DNA from: Tetramitus jugosus
Lineage: Eukaryota > Protista > Heterolobosea
Assembly (NCBI GenBank): GCA_937625935.1
Contig: OW569379.1
Span: forward strand, 389,602-453,601
Length of the DNA stretch: 64,000 nucleotides
Reading direction: 5' to 3'
Numbering within the stretch: position 1 is the first letter of the stretch; each line of letters begins with the position of its first letter. The translations under genes and the position numbers were made by a program. The notes under the pieces were generated by a model. That model worked only from the letters and a program-made list of their open reading frames with translations, was not told where the DNA came from and ran no database searches. Positions 56,744-64,000 of this stretch are shown piece by piece.

Positions 56744-57082
56744 ATGGAAGAACATGGTGTTGATGATGATTGTTTCTTTGGTTATGTTGAGAGAAATGAC
56801 GATTTGTACCTGGATGATGAAGACTCAGATGACGACAACGATATGGTTGAACAACCATCGGGGGATGCCACAGTAGAAGATGTGTTAGCTGGAATTGAGA
56901 TGTTGACCATTTCTGCAGCTGAAGGGATCGAGTACGTGGGCCAGAGTGCTTCTGCAGCACGTTTTAATGCATCTGCTCTGGAGGGGAATGTGTTTGATTC
57001 AGACAGCATTGGTCGGTTTGATGAGGAAGACTCGGACAGTGATAACCCCTCCTCGTCGATTAAGGCACTCCAACTCGGATGA
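56744..57082 (+). CDS. Acidic low-complexity hypothetical protein
   Basis: 112-aa D/E-rich ATG ORF. Confidence 0.4.
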   Translation: MEEHGVDDDCFFGYVERNDDLYLDDEDSDDDNDMVEQPSGDATVEDVLAGIEMLTISAAEGIEYVGQSASAARFNASALEGNVFDSDSIGRFDEEDSDSDNPSSSIKALQLG

Positions 57083-57269
57083 ATGCTCGAGTGACACTCC
57101 TCCAAACTGGCTGTGGGTGAAGCGATTGACACCTGCACTCACACGTCGTAAGTGATAGGGCAAAAAAGTAAAGACACAATACAGGATATCGTTGTTCATT
57201 TTTTTTTGTATTGGTCATTTTTGGGCTAGCTGTCCAAAAAAAACAAGAAAACACTCAGCAATCTAAAAA

Positions 57270-58544
57270 ATGAATGTGAGCGACCTTATTGGCCATACTC
57301 TGTTGTTCTGTGACATTAGCCAAATAATGATCAATCGGCGAGTGTCAAAGCAGTGGCAAGCGATGTCCGTGGAGACATTAGAGCGTATTGTGCTTCAAGG
57401 AACCATAATCCATCGATTCAGAATCGACATGTCCGGTGATTACGTGGAAGTTGTTTTCGGGAATGGATTCAAGCAAGGCAATGCTCTTGTCTTCGCACCC
57501 CAACCAAACTTGATCACCTATATTTACGACAAAGATTCAGAGGGACTGGACACCCAGGAAATCGAATTGCACCCGGACAGCAAGTACCACTCTCTGTCAT
57601 TCTGTGGTGGTCGCCTCGGTGAACAAATAGATGCCATTGAATGTGATGATGGTGTGTCAAAACACAGCATCAGGTGCCACCAGAACAAACAATGCATTTT
57701 GGACTATGTGGCAAATCACACCATTGGATATTGGAACAAGAAAGTGGTGTTTGTTCGGCTTGCAATCTCCTTGTCTAAAATCTTTACAAATCTTTCACCA
57801 GGGGAACCAATCCATTCCGTCCCACCTTTGAAAGAAAGTAACTTGTATCCAGCAGCACAAATCAAACACCTCATCGATGCTGTTCCAGGGGCCAAGGAGA
57901 GTGAGTGCTTGGAAATGATTGTGAGTGGCAAGCAAAATATCGAAGAGAAACTTGCCAAGAGGACAGCCAGATGGAACACGTTCATTGACAATGTTCGTGG
58001 TCTATTGGTGACCCACGGATTGGAAACAACTACCAACATTGAAGCATGTGAACTGTACGACAAATACCGACTATCCCAATACAACAACGAAGAATCCTTC
58101 ATGGAACAAGTGATTCAGCCAGTGATCACGGAAAGAGAGGAGCAGCAGAGAACACAAGAATTGTCACAATATCTCAAACAACAAGGTTTAGAGTTCAGAA
58201 CTGATTCAGAGATGTGCAGGCGCTGGGTCAAGAATGCCACCATAAAAACAATGGAGCAAATTGGCTGGATTATGAGAGACGCCAAACACCTTTACACAAA
58301 GACCGACTACCCCGAAAGGATTGGCAAAGAGATTGAAAAAAGAAAACGACTCAGTTCCGATGATAGAGAACTATTCTTTATCGTTAAGAAGAGATGCAAG
58401 CTCGAAGCCCTGTCAGCAATGGACGATTCTTTCTCGAAACGGCTTGCACAACGAGTGAAGCACAATGACGAGTGGTACGACTTTGAAAACGAAACTTATA
58501 GCAGTAGCGAGTACGAATACGAATCAGATAGCGATGACGAATAA
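57270..58544 (+). CDS. F-box-like N-terminus plus GLxxRxDSxxC-domain protein
   Basis: SDLIGHTLLFCD...RRVSKQW is F-box-like; LKQQGLEFRTDSEMCRRWV...LYTKTDY block; acidic tail. Confidence 0.65.
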   Translation: MNVSDLIGHTLLFCDISQIMINRRVSKQWQAMSVETLERIVLQGTIIHRFRIDMSGDYVEVVFGNGFKQGNALVFAPQPNLITYIYDKDSEGLDTQEIELHPDSKYHSLSFCGGRLGEQIDAIECDDGVSKHSIRCHQNKQCILDYVANHTIGYWNKKVVFVRLAISLSKIFTNLSPGEPIHSVPPLKESNLYPAAQIKHLIDAVPGAKESECLEMIVSGKQNIEEKLAKRTARWNTFIDNVRGLLVTHGLETTTNIEACELYDKYRLSQYNNEESFMEQVIQPVITEREEQQRTQELSQYLKQQGLEFRTDSEMCRRWVKNATIKTMEQIGWIMRDAKHLYTKTDYPERIGKEIEKRKRLSSDDRELFFIVKKRCKLEALSAMDDSFSKRLAQRVKHNDEWYDFENETYSSSEYEYESDSDDE

Positions 58545-58636
58545 ATCAACCAATTTGCAATGCCTCATGTTTCAAACTTTTGTCAAACAGTTGTTGTCAC
58601 CAAACCCAAACCCACTTTATCAAAATTGTTATTGTC

Positions 58637-60265
58637 ATGATCCCCCTGAGTGAAGATGTTATCAATCACCACGTCGTGCCCTGCCTCGGTCTTGCTGAGC
58701 AGTGCTGTTTGCACCAAGCACTCCCACTGCAGACCAAAGGACCCCTTCTTCAAAGCACAAGGGCATTGGCCCATCAATTACTGGCGGTTGTTCAACCCGG
58801 AAAGGATTGGTCATGGGTCACCTCCTTTATCGATCCTCATGTGCTCAACTGTAGCAGCCTAGAGCTTGCTTGTCAGAGAGGCAACTTGGACGTGGTTCAA
58901 TGGGTCAAGTCATTTCTCATTGTAGGAGACGTCCATGTTCTGGAGCTCATCAAGCACAGCAGTCGAATCATTGCAGAGTGGCTCTTGGACCATCACACTT
59001 TCGAATCAGACAAGAAAATGTTTCGTGCAAAGATTGCATTTGCGATTGCCCAGGAAGATATGACACTGTTGGACGACATGCTGAGCAGGAGTGACTTTCG
59101 ACCGAGCACAAAAATGTTGGAGAAAGCGATACGACTTGGCAAAGCAAAAAGTGTGCAATGGCTGCTGGATAAAAAGCAGAGACCCAACTCGGTTTGTTGG
59201 CGATGGTCATGTGAGTTTCCATGCTGGGATGTCCTCAAGTGTTTGTCCAGGGTGTCGAAAATTGGTTGGCGAGCGAGTGAGCTGCTTCGTGTTTGCGATA
59301 CTGGTGATCCAGATCTGATTCGCTTCGTGTTTCGTTCCATGTTGCCACGAATGCAAAGATGGGGATCGATCAATGGCAAACTGTTTCTGTTGCTTGCCGC
59401 CAAACATGCAACTGTGGTGCTCGATTGTTTGAAAGAAGCAGGCATGAACATGATCATTCATCGATTGAGATACAACGACATTCATCAGCCCTCGGTTGTG
59501 AAATGGTTTTCCATTCATTTGAACGAAAAACCAGAGAATGTTCGCCTTTTCTGTGGTCATTACACAGTGGATTCCATTAAACAGGAAAGACTGGAAGCAA
59601 TTCGTCAGTTATTGCAGTCGGTTGTTAGTGGTGGAGACTGGACCCTTCTCGATTGGATGAAAACAATAGTCGATAGCACCTTCATAGAACAGCGCATCAG
59701 AACCAGCCGTTGTGTGCAGAGCCTACGATGGCTAATGAAAGAACAGGTGGATCCAGACATGACAGAGGACGGAGGCTTGACCCGTGTCTTTTTGAATTGG
59801 CTCGGACCACTTGTATCGCAGTACTTTGTCGGGTGCTGGTTTCTTCAAGAGCAATGCAAAAAGTTGGATCTTGACTTGCTATTGGAGTGGTTCGTTGCAG
59901 TAAAGATTTGCTTCTGGAAAGATCAAGGCCTCATAACGTTGCTCGCGAGCGGCCAGTTAAACAAATTTCTGGACTGGTTGGAACAACAAAAGAGGATTGA
60001 TATGGTCGAGATCTATAACGAAGCATTGTCGGTGGGCAACGAATCCATTGTGAAACGCTATTCACCCACGAGGGCATTTCCCCGATTATTCTCATGGGAA
60101 AGGCGTGACTTGTTGCGATCGGGCAACATGAATCTGATTCGGTGGGTGCATGATCACTTTGTGTTGGGATCGGATCCAGAGATGAGAACTGACAATGTGC
60201 TTGTCAACCAGTGGATCGTGACTCACCTCGGACAAGACAAAACCGGTTCTCGCTCAGAACAATAA
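58637..60265 (+). CDS. Degenerate ankyrin-repeat protein with F-box-like N-terminus
   Basis: LSEDVINHHVVPCL; ACQRGNLDVVQWV, AIRLGKAKSVQWL, SGGDWTLLDWM, SGNMNLIRWV. Confidence 0.65.
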   Translation: MIPLSEDVINHHVVPCLGLAEQCCLHQALPLQTKGPLLQSTRALAHQLLAVVQPGKDWSWVTSFIDPHVLNCSSLELACQRGNLDVVQWVKSFLIVGDVHVLELIKHSSRIIAEWLLDHHTFESDKKMFRAKIAFAIAQEDMTLLDDMLSRSDFRPSTKMLEKAIRLGKAKSVQWLLDKKQRPNSVCWRWSCEFPCWDVLKCLSRVSKIGWRASELLRVCDTGDPDLIRFVFRSMLPRMQRWGSINGKLFLLLAAKHATVVLDCLKEAGMNMIIHRLRYNDIHQPSVVKWFSIHLNEKPENVRLFCGHYTVDSIKQERLEAIRQLLQSVVSGGDWTLLDWMKTIVDSTFIEQRIRTSRCVQSLRWLMKEQVDPDMTEDGGLTRVFLNWLGPLVSQYFVGCWFLQEQCKKLDLDLLLEWFVAVKICFWKDQGLITLLASGQLNKFLDWLEQQKRIDMVEIYNEALSVGNESIVKRYSPTRAFPRLFSWERRDLLRSGNMNLIRWVHDHFVLGSDPEMRTDNVLVNQWIVTHLGQDKTGSRSEQ

Positions 60266-60271
60266 ACGACT

Positions 60272-61011
60272 TTATTCGATGAATGCTTTGAGTGTCTTCC
60301 AGTATGAATCGAGGCTGCAGAGGAAACCTCGATTGATGACACCCGCTTCCAAGTTGTATCGAATCAGTCTCTGCCATTGTGATGCTTGTTCAGCAAAACT
60401 CAGCTCCCAGGTAGGACGAACGCTTGCCTCAGTGCCCCACAAGAGAAAGACCAACACGTAAGGAATGTCCATCGATTGATCTAGCAACTCTTGGATCCTT
60501 CCTTGGTGAGCCATCACTCTCATGATGCCAAGATCGTGAGCGATATCTCGGCGAAGGTGTCCATCCTTCAGTATTCGATAGATCAATTCTCTTGGGGTGC
60601 TGAGTGGGGGCACCTCTAGCCTCATTCGTGATAACAACGTGTCCGACAGATCGATGCCAAGAAAGTCATCCAGTTCAAAGTCTCTCTCGCACAACTCTTT
60701 CACCAACGACAGGTCTTGCAGGTTTGCTTTCTCTCCCACTTCCAGTATTCAAATCGCCTGTGCAGTGGATGGTCTGGATTGTGCATACAATCCTCTCGAA
60801 ACAAGCGTGGCAAAATCAGTGGCAACACTTTACCCATGGCTCCGATCACTCTGTCATGGGTGTGCTCTCTGTCGATCATGTACAACGAACTGTTGTTGAT
60901 CATGGATCGAAGATTTTCCATTTCCAGGTGCATCAAATTCCAATCACGATTCCTCCAGTAGGCCTCACCAATGTAGTCTCGAAATTGGCGTGCACTGAAT
61001 TCCGGCAGCAA
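60272..61011 (-). pseudogene. Frameshifted hypothetical gene
   Basis: Overlapping ORFs 61011-60700 and 60739-60272 read as one protein with a frameshift near 60735; no ATG upstream of 61011 in frame. Confidence 0.45.
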
Positions 61012-61029
61012 AGGTTCTTTCGTTATCCA

Positions 61030-61050
61030 GGGTTGGGTTTGGGTTTGGGT
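61030..61050 (+). repeat. Interstitial telomere-like repeat
   Basis: GGGTTGGGTTTGGGTTTGGGT. Confidence 0.8.
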
Positions 61051-61721
61051 CTGTCTTGTTGTTAAGGAAAACCCGAGAATTTTGCTGTATTTGGTATCAG
61101 AGCGTTGAAATTTACAGTTTAGTGTAAAAAAAAAAATTGAGTTCGGTTGAGTTGTGGCTTATAGGTTGAGGGAGTAAAAAGAAGACATATAGGACAAGAG
61201 CTGTATGGCTTTTGGAGTCTATTATCAGATCGGAGATATTGAGGTTCAACGAACAGGGAGGTTCACGGTCCAGGACCGTGAAATGATTTCCTGTATTTCA
61301 TCTCAGGTCAATTCTCTGTGGAGCTTTTTGGCTTCAGCAAAGAATTTCGACCAATGAGCGAAGTGATTGTAACGGATTAAGAAGGAATACCACACAGCAA
61401 CATGAATATGCCAGAAGACTTGTGAAGGAGTTCAACCTGAAATTCAATAGTTAACTATATTTTGTCTTGATCATGATCTGTGACTACTAATTACGACTTA
61501 TAGATACGCCGCAACATGATTTTTAAGTAGTTTGATTTGATGTCTTTCTGCTCTATCTGTTTCCTCCATCGTATCCTGTTGCATTTTACGTTTGTTTTAT
61601 CGTGAACACTGTTTTTTAGAGTGATACATCCTCAAACTTCGACTCTATTTTTTGGATCAACTTGCCTTCAATAGTGTCTGTACTAAAGTGCAAGTGATTT
61701 CTGTTGAAAAGCAGATTTCGG

Positions 61722-62080
61722 TTGCATCGACCTCCAACCAGCATATAAACCCAAACCCCACCCTTTTTTACTTTTTGATTTTATCTGCAGAATAGGTCGT
61801 AGGGGGATCTGTAGTCATTCAATGAATCTTCAATTGTATCTCTGTCGAATCGCAAGCTAATTATGTCAAAAGTACATTTAGGGTTGACTTCTCCTCCAAC
61901 GAGTGTATAAACCCTTACCCAACCTTTTTTCTTTTTGACTGTTCAGGACTCAGATCATTTCTATGTCCTAATTATCATATCTGTTCGTAATCTATTGGTT
62001 CTGAAGTTATTTACATTGAGAATGCATGTCAGAGGTTCAATCTGTATCCAACCATCTTATAAACCCTTACCCAACCTCAA
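61722..62080. repeat. Three spaced subtelomeric motifs TCCAAC-N5-TATAAACCC(AA/TT)ACCC
   Basis: TATAAACCC at 61744, 61906 and 62058 with shared flanks. Confidence 0.75.
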
Positions 62081-62675
62081 TTTTATGTCATGATTGGTGC
62101 AAGAGTGAAGTGAACATAGATTCTCTGATACCGAGAGTGTTATTAAACCTACTACTATGCTTTACAAGATTAAATCTATGACCGGTTAGAGTTTCATTCT
62201 CCTGCAGCTTGCAACGATTCCAAGAATGTATTGAACCAAGTAATCAACCAGATATTAACATGAATCACGAATCATAAACTTCAAATTACGAGGTAAATGA
62301 CTCAATAGTTGAATAAAGACATTTCAAAGTCAGCTCAGAAGTCTTGATTACACACCAATCCGCAGAAGCAGAAGTTCAGCGCGAGCAATAGTTAAGAAGT
62401 ATCATGAAGTGAATCACAATAGAACAACATGTTATCTACTTATTCTATTGTAAAGAATAAAAAGCCATAATAAAACGATGAAGGGTGCAAGTCCCGAAAT
62501 TTTTTTGATTTACAAAAGAGCATAAAACTGAATCTCTGATGCACTGATAGAAACAAACCAACATACTCATTAAACATAGATAAAGAAGGCGAATAATTGA
62601 AATCTGGGTGAAAAATAGACAGAGAAATGTGTTGGTAAACTTTTTGATTTTTTAGGGAAAAAAATTGAAGTTGAC

Positions 62676-64000
62676 TTGGGTTTGGGTTTGGGTTTGGGTT
62701 TGGGTTTGGGTTTGGGTTTGGGTTTGGGTTTGGGTTTGGGTTTGGGTTTGGGTTTGGGTTTGGGTTTGGGTTTGGGTTTGGGTTTGGGTTTGGGTTTGGG
62801 TTTGGGTTTGGGTTTGGGTTTGGGTTTGGGTTTGGGTTTGGGTTTGGGTTTGGGTTTGGGTTTGGGTTTGGGTTTGGGTTTGGGTTTGGGTTTGGGTTTG
62901 GGTTTGGGTTTGGGTTTGGGTTTGGGTTTGGGTTTGGGTTTGGGTTTGGGTTTGGGTTTGGGTTTGGGTTTGGGTTTGGGTTTGGGTTTGGGTTTGGGTT
63001 TGGGTTTGGGTTTGGGTTTGGGTTTGGGTTTGGGTTTGGGTTTGGGTTTGGGTTTGGGTTTGGGTTTGGGTTTGGGTTTGGGTTTGGGTTTGGGTTTGGG
63101 TTTGGGTTTGGGTTTGGGTTTGGGTTTGGGTTTGGGTTTGGGTTTGGGTTTGGGTTTGGGTTTGGGTTTGGGTTTGGGTTTGGGTTTGGGTTTGGGTTTG
63201 GGTTTGGGTTTGGGTTTGGGTTTGGGTTTGGGTTTGGGTTTGGGTTTGGGTTTGGGTTTGGGTTTGGGTTTGGGTTTGGGTTTGGGTTTGGGTTTGGGTT
63301 TGGGTTTGGGTTTGGGTTTGGGTTTGGGTTTGGGTTTGGGTTTGGGTTTGGGTTTGGGTTTGGGTTTGGGTTTGGGTTTGGGTTTGGGTTTGGGTTTGGG
63401 TTTGGGTTTGGGTTTGGGTTTGGGTTTGGGTTTGGGTTTGGGTTTGGGTTTGGGTTTGGGTTTGGGTTTGGGTTTGGGTTTGGGTTTGGGTTTGGGTTTG
63501 GGTTTGGGTTTGGGTTTGGGTTTGGGTTTGGGTTTGGGTTTGGGTTTGGGTTTGGGTTTGGGTTTGGGTTTGGGTTTGGGTTGGGTTGGTGGGTTTGGGG
63601 TTGGGGTGGGTTGGGTTTGGGTTTGGGTTTGGGGGTGGGGTTGGGTTTGGGTTTGGGTTGTGGGGTTTGGGGTTTGGGTTTGGGTTGTGGGGTTTGGGTT
63701 TGGGGTTGGGGGTTGGGTTTGGGTTTGGGTTGGGGTTTGGGTTGGGGGGTTTGGGGTTTGGGGTTGGGTTGGGTTTGGGGTTGGGTTTGGGGTTTGGGGT
63801 TGGGTTTGGGGTGGGGGGGGTTTGGGGGTTGGGGTTGGGGTTGGGTTGTGGGGGGTGGGTTGGGTGTGTGGGGGGGGGGTTGGGGGTGGGGGTGGTTGGG
63901 GTGGGGGTGTGGGTTTGGGTTGGGGGTTGGGGGGGGGGGGGGGTGGGGGTGGGGTGTGGGGTGGTGGGGTGTGGGGTTGGGGTGTTGGGTTTGGGTGTTG
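62676..64000 (+). repeat. Telomere (TTTGGG)n
   Basis: Perfect TTTGGG array to ~63580, then degenerate G-rich sequence to the end of the window; G-strand runs toward the end. Confidence 0.97.

Noticed and set aside
61722-62080. Repeat-spacer pattern as a CRISPR-like array
   Set aside because: Only three imperfect copies, spacers over 100 bp, eukaryotic context, no cas genes
63580-64000. Degenerate G-rich telomere variants
   Set aside because: Progressive decay at the contig end is most simply low-coverage or long-read error, not real variant repeats
1-64000. tRNA, rRNA or snoRNA genes, and the many short antisense ORFs in the track
   Set aside because: No convincing cloverleaf or box C/D structure seen by eye (tRNAscan/Infernal not run); short ORFs are shadows of the real genes

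Overview
Right-hand end of a chromosome from a gene-dense microbial eukaryote. It uses the standard genetic code, has short GT-AG introns and ends in about 1.3 kb of (TTTGGG)n telomere. RGS-fused sensory proteins and the gene style suggest a heterolobosean (Naegleria-like) protist; this is an inference. Bases 1-45 kb form a conserved core: ERI1-family exonuclease, TMEM181, sphingomyelin/IPC synthase, TPR proteins, BLM/RecQ, mitochondrial carrier, DMT transporter, SCOT with a PTS2 signal, short CBS, Ras, GMF, F-box/LRR, MOV10/SDE3, WD40, CHASE-PAS-RGS and NIT-pseudocyclase-RGS. Embedded in it is the most striking system: a bacterial-style single-polypeptide NRPS-PKS hybrid (C-A-PCP-KS-AT-ACP-TE, all catalytic motifs intact). 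It is transcribed divergently from a membrane-anchored FAD-dependent monooxygenase, making a candidate minimal secondary-metabolite cluster, and it appears to have acquired a 5' spliceosomal intron. Bases 45-62.7 kb are a subtelomeric patchwork: two degenerate head-to-head P-loop GTPase paralogs (one separated by a single in-frame TAG from an IBR-RING2 ligase half), a transposase relic, small intronless orphan or giant-virus-like genes, pseudogenes, and spaced telomere-like motifs.
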